Source: an uncultured Anaerolineae bacterium (GTDB taxonomy: Bacteria; Chloroflexota; Anaerolineae; DAOTYC01). From it: a stretch of 61,468 nt of DNA. Positions 18,209-26,519 of this stretch are shown here, in pieces. Numbering within the stretch: position 1 is the stretch's first letter; the number at the start of each line of letters is the position of its first letter. Position numbers and translations under genes: made by a program. The notes under the pieces were generated by a model. That model saw nothing but the letters and a program-made list of their open reading frames with translations. It was not told the DNA's origin and did no database searches. Location of the stretch: NCBI GenBank assembly GCA_964589015.1, contig CAZPTF010000001.1:1-61468 (forward strand), written 5' to 3'.

Positions 18209-19471
18209 ATGTCCGTTTCATCAACACAGACTCGTACGGCCTGCGTCACCGTGACCCGGGCCAGCCTGATCCTCGCATTGGATCGCGCCCGCCAGGTCGT
18301 TCCATCACGTTTTCCGAAGCCGATTCTCACCTGTGTGCGGCTGGAGGCCTCGGAAGACCTGCTGCGGATCCAGGCCACGGACGGGGAACTGTCGCTCTTC
18401 ACGCACGTTCCCGCCGAGGGTGAACTCCCAGCTTGCGTGGTTCCCTGCACGGAACTCGCCCGGCGCCTCAAAACGTCCAGGCAAGGTGAGTGCAGCCTGA
18501 CGCTGTCAGAGGATGGGCAGCAGCTCATCCTGAATGGCGGGCGCGTGGAACACGCACTCCGCACCCTGCCGCCTGAGGAGTTCCCGGTGGTCCCGGTCCA
18601 GTACGAAGGCGACGCCATCGAGGCGAACGCCGCCGAGCTGGTACGGGCCCTCAAGGTCACCGGCGTCGGCGTGGCCCGTGAGCCCGGCCGGTACGCCCTG
18701 GATGCTGTCCTGCTCGAATCCGGCGAGGAGGGCACACGGCTGGTGGCCACAGACGGCCGGCGCCTGGTCACGGTGGAGCTCCGCGAGGCTGACGAACTGG
18801 ACGGCAAAGCTCTGCTTCCGCAGCGGTTCTGCCGTCTCATCGAGAAGTTCACGGCCCGTGCCGCGGATTTCCTGGTCCTGGCTGTCCAGCGCCGGCCGGA
18901 CGAAAAGGGCGAGACACTCCCCGGGCGCATTTTCGCGGCAGGCCCGGACTGGCTGCTCTCGGGATTTGAAAGCGAGGGACGTTTCCCAGTTTACCGGGAT
19001 GTGGTGCCGCGGAATCACTCCCGGTTCGCGATCAATCGTACGGCCTTGCTCGAAACACTCCAGGAAGTGGCGCTGGCCGTGCACGAGGAAAGCCGGATGG
19101 TGCGCGTGGACCTGTACGCCGATCGTGTGCGGCTGATGGCGCAGGCTCCCGAGGTCGGGATGTCCGAGGCCGGCCTGCCGGCCGAGTTCCTGGGGGGCTC
19201 GGATCCCGAGATCCACACGGCGTTCAACCCGCATTTCCTGATGGATGCGATCAAGACGATCGAGAGCGACGAGATCGTGATCGACGTGGCCCAAAACGGC
19301 TACGGCTCGGACCGCAAGGTTTTCGCAAAGGCTGCACTGTTATACGCCCGACATGACCCGAGCGTGCGCTGGGTCATCATGCCGATCAACCCGGGCCTCG
19401 AACCCACGCGGGAGAATCTCGGCTCAAATTACCCCGAAAATCTTAAAGATGAGGCCGCAGACGCCGCCTGA
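18209..19471 (+). CDS. dnaN: DNA polymerase III beta sliding-clamp (DnaN)-like protein, probably an element-encoded paralog
   Basis: DnaN-like N-terminus 'L..AL..A..VV..R...PIL.CVRLEA....L.I.ATDGELSL' and C-terminal 'RWVIMPI'. 'AAGGAGG' lies upstream of the ATG at 18209. There is no dnaA or recF context. Confidence 0.8.
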   Translation: MSVSSTQTRTACVTVTRASLILALDRARQVVPSRFPKPILTCVRLEASEDLLRIQATDGELSLFTHVPAEGELPACVVPCTELARRLKTSRQGECSLTLSEDGQQLILNGGRVEHALRTLPPEEFPVVPVQYEGDAIEANAAELVRALKVTGVGVAREPGRYALDAVLLESGEEGTRLVATDGRRLVTVELREADELDGKALLPQRFCRLIEKFTARAADFLVLAVQRRPDEKGETLPGRIFAAGPDWLLSGFESEGRFPVYRDVVPRNHSRFAINRTALLETLQEVALAVHEESRMVRVDLYADRVRLMAQAPEVGMSEAGLPAEFLGGSDPEIHTAFNPHFLMDAIKTIESDEIVIDVAQNGYGSDRKVFAKAALLYARHDPSVRWVIMPINPGLEPTRENLGSNYPENLKDEAADAA

Positions 19472-19497
19472 TTCGGCGGCAGGAAGGAAAGACTCTG

Positions 19498-19752
19498 ATG
19501 CGACTCCAAGACCCATTCTGCCCCGATTGCGGTGAGCCGGCCAATGGGACGGTCGAGCGCCTTACCGGTCGGGCGGATTTCAACCAGGAGCCCGGCCCGG
19601 GCGTCGACGTCGATTACGGCGGCTGGACCGAGATCTGGTGGGACGACCAGCGCACCATCCTGGAGCACGAAGGCGAGCCGGAAGGCCCGGACAACCGGCC
19701 ACTGGTCTGCTGTCCCAACGGCCACATCTGGCCGACCGTGATCGAGCGGTAG
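19498..19752 (+). CDS. small zinc-ribbon protein (84 aa)
   Basis: Cys pairs 'CPDCGEP' and 'CCPNGH'. 'GGAAGGAAAG' lies upstream of the ATG. The composition looks protein-like. Confidence 0.6.
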   Translation: MRLQDPFCPDCGEPANGTVERLTGRADFNQEPGPGVDVDYGGWTEIWWDDQRTILEHEGEPEGPDNRPLVCCPNGHIWPTVIER

Positions 19753-20203
19753 CCTCACCGCACTCTCCCCTTTTGCAGAGATGGCCAGAACAGCCGTTTC
19801 GGCAGTCTGAAGCTCCGAACCCTGGCACCGCGTTCCCATCGTCACCCGCCGCGGCGGAATTGACGCGGCACTCATCATCCGGGTCCGTGGATGCCAGCCT
19901 CACATTGGTAATCCGGGCGTCCCGCTGCGCCAGCAAGTAATCGATGTGCCAGTGCAGTCGCACGGCGCCGCGCACGTGTCGTAGCACGCGTGCTCGCAAG
20001 CTTCGCGAGGCACGCCCGGTGTAGATATACGTGCCCGCGGCAAAGTGGATCACGCCGAGGGCGCCCACTTTCACCCTGATGGGCCGACGCAGCTCGATCC
20101 ACAGCTGATACACGCCCGCATCCGGCCACGCGTCGAGTGCGGGTGTGAACGTCGGCCCTACATGGTCTTTCAAACTGCGTTTCACGTAACCATCGTACCC
20201 CAA
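19580..20203 (-). CDS. GIY-YIG superfamily nuclease, DUF123-like
   Basis: DUF123-type motifs are 'GTYIYTGRA', 'RVLRHVR......HWHIDYLL' and 'GFGASDC..GCSGHL'. The start is non-ATG (TTG 20203 or GTG 20185). The conserved part ends near 19778. The last ~66 codons are Arg-rich and overlap the convergent gene 19498..19752. Confidence 0.7.
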   Translation of the reverse strand: MGYDGYVKRSLKDHVGPTFTPALDAWPDAGVYQLWIELRRPIRVKVGALGVIHFAAGTYIYTGRASRSLRARVLRHVRGAVRLHWHIDYLLAQRDARITNVRLASTDPDDECRVNSAAAGDDGNAVPGFGASDCRNGCSGHLCKRGECGEATARSRSARCGRWDSRPVAGCPGLPARLRAPGWCAGRPTRSRSSRRNRRRRPGRAPG

Positions 20204-20219
20204 TCACAGGAGTAACCCA

Positions 20220-21794
20220 ATGAACGAGTCCTTTCGACAGACTTTGACCGACTACATCCTCTCCGGCCACGCGTACCTGCACGCGCACACCCCGGAAAAA
20301 ACCCGCTTCGTGCAGGAACTCAAGGAAGTCGCCGCAGAACTGCCCCCCGATGGCCGCCCGATCTTCGTCTGGTCGCCCGCAACTGGATGGCAGGACACCG
20401 AAGGGAAGCCCGCCAAGACCGAATCCGGCGCCGAACTCGGGCCCCCGAATCCCCAGATGGCGCCCCAGCAGATCCTGGAGCTGCCGGAGGAAGCTCTGTT
20501 TGTGCTCAAGGACTTCGGCTGCTACATGCAGTCTCGGACGTTTGCCTATTTTGACATTGTGCTCGCGTGGCTCAGCGAAATCCGGGACGTCCTGGCCCAC
20601 ACCGGCCGGACCGTGCTCTTCGTCGGCGTGGATTTTGAGATTCCGCCGGCGCTGCAGCACGATGTGACCACGATCGAGTTCAAGCTGCCGAATGATGCGG
20701 CCATCGAAAAAGCCGTGCGTTTCGTCAGCGAGGACCACTCGATCGACGAAGATGCGATGCCGTGCATTGTGAGGGCCTGCCGGGGCATGACCCAGCAGCA
20801 GGTCGAGGACCGCACTGCCCTGGCGTTGAGGAAGTTCAAGCAGCTTGGCCAGGACGCGGCCCGGCTCATTTTGAACGAGAAAGCCGAGGTCATCCGCAGG
20901 ACAGGGCTGCTGGACTACCGGGATCCTCCGGCCGGCGGCCTGGACCTGATCGGCGGCTGGGACAACGTCAAGAAGCACGTGCAACTCGATAAGCCGTGCT
21001 TCACGACCGAGGCCCGGCAGTTCGGCATCGAGTTCCCAAGGGGCCTGCTGCTGGTCGGCATCTCCGGCGGCGGCAAGACTCAGATGAGCCTCTGCATCGC
21101 AAGCTTTTTGAATCTGCCGCTCATCCAGCTGGATGTCGGCAGCCTCATGAGCAAGTGGGTGGGTGAGTCCGAACGCAACATGCGCGAGGCCATCCGCCTT
21201 CTCGAAGGCCTCGGCTCGTGCGTGCTCCAATTGGACGAAATCGAAAAGGGCTTCGGCGGCGTGGGCGGCGAGTTGGACGGCGGGGCTGCCCAGCGGAGCT
21301 TCGGCATCTTCCTCAAGTGGCTCTCCGACCGCTCGTGCCCCGTGTACGTGGTCGCAACCGCGAACAACATCAAGGCCTTGCCGGTGGAGTTCACCCGCAA
21401 AGGCCGGTTCGACGAGCTGTACGGGGTGTACCTTCCCACTCATGCCGAGCGCCAGGAGATCTTCGGCATCCACCTGCGGCTGCGGAAGCGCGAGCCGGAG
21501 CAGTTCGACCTGGAAGCCCTGGCCCGCAAGACCGAGGGCTACACCGGCGCCGACATCAAGGAAGTGGTACAGCTCGGCCTGAAGCTGGCGTTCCACGCCG
21601 GCGCCGACTTAGCCATCGATCACCTCCTCGCCGCCGTTCCCGAGATCCGGCCACTGTCGAAGACCGACCCCGAGTCGGTCACCGAAGTCACCAAGTGGCT
21701 CGACAGCCACACCAAGCCGGCCGGCAACGGCCACAGCTCACCCCAGCCGATCAATCCCGGCGAGCCGGGACTGAAGCGGCGCGTGACCGTCTGA
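20220..21794 (+). CDS. AAA+ ATPase (classic FtsH/CDC48-type AAA module) with a ~230-aa N-terminal domain
   Basis: Walker A 'GISGGGKT', Walker B 'VLQLDEIEK', and 'ATANNIKALPVEFTRKGRFDE'. AGGAG lies 8 nt upstream of the ATG. Confidence 0.9.
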   Translation: MNESFRQTLTDYILSGHAYLHAHTPEKTRFVQELKEVAAELPPDGRPIFVWSPATGWQDTEGKPAKTESGAELGPPNPQMAPQQILELPEEALFVLKDFGCYMQSRTFAYFDIVLAWLSEIRDVLAHTGRTVLFVGVDFEIPPALQHDVTTIEFKLPNDAAIEKAVRFVSEDHSIDEDAMPCIVRACRGMTQQQVEDRTALALRKFKQLGQDAARLILNEKAEVIRRTGLLDYRDPPAGGLDLIGGWDNVKKHVQLDKPCFTTEARQFGIEFPRGLLLVGISGGGKTQMSLCIASFLNLPLIQLDVGSLMSKWVGESERNMREAIRLLEGLGSCVLQLDEIEKGFGGVGGELDGGAAQRSFGIFLKWLSDRSCPVYVVATANNIKALPVEFTRKGRFDELYGVYLPTHAERQEIFGIHLRLRKREPEQFDLEALARKTEGYTGADIKEVVQLGLKLAFHAGADLAIDHLLAAVPEIRPLSKTDPESVTEVTKWLDSHTKPAGNGHSSPQPINPGEPGLKRRVTV

Positions 21795-21850
21795 TTCCAG
21801 TTCACGGTTCAACAACCTGTAACCCCTTTTTTGAGAACGGAGGAAACACC

Positions 21851-22828
21851 ATGACTACTCTCATTGCGCCTGCATCGCAGGCAAATGCCGCCACGAACAA
21901 CGGCGACACACCCATCAACCTGTTCCAGCTCGGATGCCTGTTTGTCATCCGGGCCTCGTACTGGTCCTGCCGCATCGGCAACGAGCCGCAGGACTTCAAC
22001 CTCTCCAGCTCCGAGATCGAGAGCCGGGCGATTGCCTCGTTCGGCTCCAAGGAACTCATCGACCCGGAGAAAGGCCGGAAGGTCTTCCAGCAGATCGAGA
22101 AGAAGGCAAGGCATGAGCTGAGCAAGTACTCCCAGCCGTTCGCTGCAGCCAATGCGCACTTCGTGCCCTGGGACCATGTTCCGGAGCTGATCGACAAGCT
22201 CGATTGCCTCAAGGAGGAGTTCGAGGAAGCGGTCGGAGACTTCCTGGCGGAGTACCCATACCTGCGGGCCGAGTGGCAGTCCGCCCACCCGGAGGTGCCC
22301 GATGCAGCCTATCCCGGTGCCTCGGACCTGCGCACCAAGTTCCGGCTCGAGTGGCACACCTTCAAGGTGGCCGGGGCTGCATCCGCCATGGCCGTGGATG
22401 ACATCGAGGCTGAGCTGGCCGGCCGGCAGATGCGGGCGGAGCAGCTCGACCAGATGAAGCAGAGCCTGCAGGCCGAATGCCAGCAGTTCGCGGCCGACTA
22501 CGTCATGGCGTTCCGCAAGGAAGTCGCGACGTTCTGCGACCAGGTGATCGATGCGAACGGCAAGGTGCACGGCAAGACCCTGCAGGCTATCCGCCGGAAG
22601 ATCGAGCACTTCCATGCCATGAACATCTTCAATGACTCGGACACCGCCGCGCAGCTCAACGAGCTGAAGATCCAGCTCTTCGGCCTCACCGGCGAGACGC
22701 TCAAGGAGCAGCCGGACCTGGCGGAGAAGCTCAGCCAGGCGTGCGCGGTGCTCAAGCAGGAGCTGCTGGACCCGAACGCCATTTCGTCCCTGACCGGTCG
22801 GTTGAAGCGACGGGTGGTGCTGGACTGA
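21851..22828 (+). CDS. hypothetical protein (325 aa), possibly DUF3150-like
   Basis: The ATG at 21851 is preceded by 'ACGGAGGAA'. The ORF opens at 21218 but that part overlaps the AAA gene out of frame. The helical C-terminal half looks like coiled coil. The family guess is weak. Confidence 0.75.
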   Translation: MTTLIAPASQANAATNNGDTPINLFQLGCLFVIRASYWSCRIGNEPQDFNLSSSEIESRAIASFGSKELIDPEKGRKVFQQIEKKARHELSKYSQPFAAANAHFVPWDHVPELIDKLDCLKEEFEEAVGDFLAEYPYLRAEWQSAHPEVPDAAYPGASDLRTKFRLEWHTFKVAGAASAMAVDDIEAELAGRQMRAEQLDQMKQSLQAECQQFAADYVMAFRKEVATFCDQVIDANGKVHGKTLQAIRRKIEHFHAMNIFNDSDTAAQLNELKIQLFGLTGETLKEQPDLAEKLSQACAVLKQELLDPNAISSLTGRLKRRVVLD

Positions 22829-22912
22829 TTGGGGAAGAACCGGGCGGGCGGGGCGACGCAGTTCCGCTCGCTCGGCTTCCGGGTTTTCAGAACAAAGATC
22901 GGAGGTGTGCAG

Positions 22913-23119
22913 ATGAACCAGGAGATTCTGATTGTGATGGAGGGCGGCCTGATCCAGGAGGTCTACGACATCCCGGCCGGCGTCGTGATTCGCGTGAAGG
23001 ACTACGACGTCGAGGGATGCGACCGGCAGAGGCTGAAGCAGGACCCCGATGGAGAACTGTTCTACGAGTCGGTCTGGACACACGAGGACTCGTGCGGACC
23101 GGCGAACGAGCAGGATTGA
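22913..23119 (+). CDS. small hypothetical protein, paralog of 17858..18097
   Basis: The ATG at 22913 is preceded by 'CGGAGGTG'. It shares the 'DYDVEGCD' core with the 17858 gene. Confidence 0.65.
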   Translation: MNQEILIVMEGGLIQEVYDIPAGVVIRVKDYDVEGCDRQRLKQDPDGELFYESVWTHEDSCGPANEQD

Positions 23120-23161
23120 CCCCCAACCTACAGACCCTCAAGAACAAGAAGGAGGTATACC

Positions 23162-23575
23162 GTGTCACACTACGTGGAATGCAGGCCCGGGTTCAAGGAC
23201 CGGGAAGCCCTGATCGCCGCCCTTGTGGCAGTGGGGTTTGAATGCAGCCAGATCGAGATCCATGAGGAAGCTGTCTCACTGTACGGCTACCAGGGCGATG
23301 AACGGCCTCTGAAGGCCCACGTTGTCATCCGCCGGGAGAATGTCGGTCCCGCCGCCAATGACGTTGGCTGGGAACGGCAGGAGGACGGCACCTTCCGAGC
23401 CTGGATCAGCGATTACGACGGCCGGCATCGCTTCAATCCCGCGATGCAGAACCGGATCAAGCAGGAGTACGCGTTTCAGGCTGTCGCGCGGCAGCAGCGT
23501 GCCCTGGGTCGCACAATCCAGCGCCGCGAACTGGAAAACGGTGAGATCGAGGTGGTGATCGGTGGGTATCGCTGA
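23162..23575 (+). CDS. DUF1257 (Ycf35-like) protein
   Basis: N-terminus 'MSHYVECRPGFKDREALIAALVAVGF......YGYQG......AHVVIRR....', typical of DUF1257. The GTG start is preceded by 'AAGGAGG'. Confidence 0.75.
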   Translation: MSHYVECRPGFKDREALIAALVAVGFECSQIEIHEEAVSLYGYQGDERPLKAHVVIRRENVGPAANDVGWERQEDGTFRAWISDYDGRHRFNPAMQNRIKQEYAFQAVARQQRALGRTIQRRELENGEIEVVIGGYR

Positions 23576-23618
23576 TCATCGCTGCCCATCCCGCCAACAA
23601 AGAGAGGAGAAGACAACC

Positions 23619-23822
23619 ATGCATCAGAAACACATTCGGATGATTATCCGTTCGGACGGATCATGCACGGTCGATGCGATGAACTTCACCGACGCAACCT
23701 GCACGCAAGCCACGCAGCAGATTCTGGCGGCCCTCGGCGCCCTGGTTACGGAGGATCGGCTCAAGCCCGAGGCCCAGCGCCTGCCCCCGCAGGCCAATCC
23801 ACGAATGGAGGGCGCCCGATGA
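23619..23822 (+). CDS. DUF2997-like small protein
   Basis: 'IRMIIRSDGSCTVDAMNFTDATCTQATQQILAALG' matches the DUF2997 pattern (I.I..dG.v..ev.G..G..C...T..le.alG). 'GAGAGGAGAA' lies upstream. Confidence 0.65.
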   Translation: MHQKHIRMIIRSDGSCTVDAMNFTDATCTQATQQILAALGALVTEDRLKPEAQRLPPQANPRMEGAR

Positions 23823-24124
23823 TCAAGCTTCGAATCACTCCCGATGGCCGCATCCGAGGCCTGTGGGAGGACTCGCTGGATCTCCACGAACTGGGTGCGC
23901 TGCGCGTGCGCCGGGCCAGTCACGTGGAGTATGACAACGACCGGCAGTGTTGGTGCGTCCGCAGCGCGACGCCAAAGAGGCGGCTCGACCATTGGCTGCA
24001 CCGTCTGCTGGGGCGACCGGCCAGGCAGGTGCTGCATCAAACTACCACGCGTGCATCCGCGCTGGCGTGGGAACATGACCACTTCGGACCCGATGGACGG
24101 GGCTGGAACTCGTTTCCAGAGTAG
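23819..24124 (+). CDS. small hypothetical protein (101 aa)
   Basis: ATGA overlap with the DUF2997-like gene. It is the last gene of the plus-strand block. Confidence 0.55.
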   Translation: MIKLRITPDGRIRGLWEDSLDLHELGALRVRRASHVEYDNDRQCWCVRSATPKRRLDHWLHRLLGRPARQVLHQTTTRASALAWEHDHFGPDGRGWNSFPE

Positions 24125-24170
24125 CATCCCTCCTGAGCGTTCCCATCCTTTCTCAGTTTCACTTCTCTTT

Positions 24171-24192
24171 CGCGGCCGGCTTTCTGGCCGCG
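24171..24192 (+). terminator. GC-rich hairpin downstream of the plus-strand block (possible terminator)
   Basis: A perfect 7-bp stem CGCGGCC / GGCCGCG with an 8-nt loop, 47 nt after the stop at 24124. There is no clear U-tract. Confidence 0.35.
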
Positions 24193-24569
24193 ATTCCCTC
24201 ACGACGTAGCGAGAGCTATGGAGTGTTGTTCTGGAAATGCGGGCCGGTTGGTCCGATTGGGTGCGAATAGGCTGGCGGTGGGGATATGTCGCTGGCGATG
24301 GACTCACCCGCCAATCGCACGGTAACTCGCGCTCGGTCAAACGGTTATGGCCACTTGGGTTCGGACTCTTGAAACTGGACAAAGTCGAGCTTAAGGTGAC
24401 AGCTGATCGTCGGTTTGCCGCCTACGGACGAATCGCCCCGCAGCCTGATAGAGGTCCGACACAGGCTGTCATATCGACGAATTACCATTTCAATGTGCCG
24501 CATGCCATTCCCAGAGGATCTTGGCGGAGTGCGGCGAGCAAATGTGTGAGGGTTTACGGAGACACGTGC

Positions 24570-26519
24570 ATGAGATCAACTGCCGAAAAAGCCCTGCTGC
24601 TTCTAACCGCCATTCTTGCCGCCACGGCGTGCGTGATTTCGCTGATTACGTATGTGCGAGTCGGCTCGGTTCAACTTCATTCCCCAACCGCCCCTTCAAT
24701 TGACCAGCAGCTAGCAGACTTCAAGAAGCTCGCGTCCTCCCTTCACGATCAATCCGTTCAGATTTCGAGCCTTGCGGGTGGCTCGAACGCACAGCAGACT
24801 CTCGAGTTGCTCCAAGCGATTGAAGCGTCTGAACGACGCCTAAACGACCCGAAGAGCTGGCCCCAAGACCCGGACCAAGCCGTACGTTTTCGGAGCGAGC
24901 TGGACGAATTGCTCAATCGGACACCGCCGCTGCTGCGAACAGCGCTCGCCGATCGCTTCGATCCCCTCCTCTGGTCTGCACAGGCATTCCTGCTCCTCAA
25001 CACTGCGAACGTACCCTCGGACCCTGACGACGACTCGCTGGAGGAAGAAGTCAGGTTGTTGACCGAAGTTGTGCCCAACGGTGTGCCGCATCGGTTGGTG
25101 GGGCGCTTCAAGACATCCGCTGAGCAGATCGTTGGGAGTTCCGCGGTTCAAAGAAAGCGGATCGCGATTGAGTCTGCTCAAGCCGTTCTTCTGGATGGAG
25201 GCGATGCCTCGCTAGCCTGGCTGCATCTCGGCCCGTTTGAAGAAGGCGACGAAGAAATCGCAAAGCTCCGCGGGGAACTGAGAGAACGTGAGATCATCGA
25301 CACATGCAAGTCTTTAGCAAGCCGCATTGATCGAGCTCGACCGATATCCGACCCGCTGGTGAAGCAGATGGTTGCTTCCGACATCCATACGACCGCCATC
25401 ACTTTCAAGGCCGACGCGTTTCTTGACGATACTGGAGCCGCACTCTCTGAATCCACGTTGCAGGAAATCGACAACGTGATTCGGGCAACCACACTACTGC
25501 TGGAGGAGTGCAGCGACGACAATTCCCGACGCAATGCAGCGCGACATCGCGAGTATCAACGCTGGGCACTTCAGCAGATTCGCGATTTTGACGGATGGTA
25601 CTACGATAATGCAGTGAAGGAGATCGAACAGGCGTTCGCATCCTTTGACGAGGCTGATACGGAGTTCATGTGGTACCTGCTCTACGAGTTTCCAGATGTC
25701 ATGAACTTCCTCTCGACAAAGACCGGTGTCGATCTCACATGTCCTGTTCTTACGGTCGAAGAACAACGCAAGATCTATGCCGCTGTACACAGATCGGTGC
25801 GTCCGGGTTGGAATCACGCCGACGCACTCGCCTATCGCACCACGCGCGAAGCGATGGTCAAATACCTATTGCCCATCGAGGAATCGTTGCTCGACCCGCC
25901 CGTGAGAAGCCTCTTCGACAAGGCGTTTCAAAGGGGGTGGACAAAGATCGAGGAGAGTAACGACCAGCTTCACGTGGCAAAGCGGACCGCCGAAGTAGCG
26001 AAAGAGACGCCACTCTCGATTGCCCGAACGCGCTCAGATCCTTACGAGCAGTGGGCGCTGGGGCAGATCCAGAGCTTCAAAGAGGAGTTTGATGCTCGCA
26101 AACAGACCGCCAAGCGCATCTACGAACTCATGACGACGAATGAGCGTGAGACCCTGAACTCCGGAGAAATAGGGTGGTACTCGGGAGTCCACGACATGAT
26201 CGAGTCAACAGGCTGCGTTCATAATCCGGCCGGCGATTACCTCCGTAAGGCGCTGATCGACGCCGTTAAGGCAAAATGGGACGAACGTCAATTCGTCACA
26301 GAGGCTTCCTTTAGGATCGTACGCGACGCGATGGTCAAGTATCTCATTCCCGTGGATACCGCATTTGTCGGGGAGCGAACAGCGGCGTTCCATCGGGGTG
26401 AGTGGTGCCGCGGTTGGAATGAGCTCAGAGGCCGCGGCGAACAATCATGCGTCAAAGAATCGGCCAAAGGCGTCAAGAAGGTCACACGCGACCAGTTGAG
26501 AAACTCGGAGGCACAATGA
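24570..26519 (+). CDS. N-terminally membrane-anchored protein with an internal tandem domain duplication (hypothetical)
   Basis: The ATG at 24570 gives a TM/signal anchor 'ALLLLTAILAATACVISLITYV'. Two ~135-aa repeats (25548-25952 and 26037-26429) share 'Y(Q/E).WAL.QI..F' and 'R(E/D)AMVKYL(L/I)P'. Confidence 0.8.
   Translation: MRSTAEKALLLLTAILAATACVISLITYVRVGSVQLHSPTAPSIDQQLADFKKLASSLHDQSVQISSLAGGSNAQQTLELLQAIEASERRLNDPKSWPQDPDQAVRFRSELDELLNRTPPLLRTALADRFDPLLWSAQAFLLLNTANVPSDPDDDSLEEEVRLLTEVVPNGVPHRLVGRFKTSAEQIVGSSAVQRKRIAIESAQAVLLDGGDASLAWLHLGPFEEGDEEIAKLRGELREREIIDTCKSLASRIDRARPISDPLVKQMVASDIHTTAITFKADAFLDDTGAALSESTLQEIDNVIRATTLLLEECSDDNSRRNAARHREYQRWALQQIRDFDGWYYDNAVKEIEQAFASFDEADTEFMWYLLYEFPDVMNFLSTKTGVDLTCPVLTVEEQRKIYAAVHRSVRPGWNHADALAYRTTREAMVKYLLPIEESLLDPPVRSLFDKAFQRGWTKIEESNDQLHVAKRTAEVAKETPLSIARTRSDPYEQWALGQIQSFKEEFDARKQTAKRIYELMTTNERETLNSGEIGWYSGVHDMIESTGCVHNPAGDYLRKALIDAVKAKWDERQFVTEASFRIVRDAMVKYLIPVDTAFVGERTAAFHRGEWCRGWNELRGRGEQSCVKESAKGVKKVTRDQLRNSEAQ

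Noticed and set aside
21218-21850. The N-terminal 211 codons of ORF 21218-22828.
   Set aside because: This part overlaps the well-supported AAA+ gene in another frame and is Arg/Pro-rich. A strong SD plus ATG at 21851 gives the credible start.
24237-24569. The N-terminal 111 codons of ORF 24237-26519.
   Set aside because: The composition is Trp/Arg-rich and non-protein-like. The ATG at 24570 immediately precedes a clean TM anchor.
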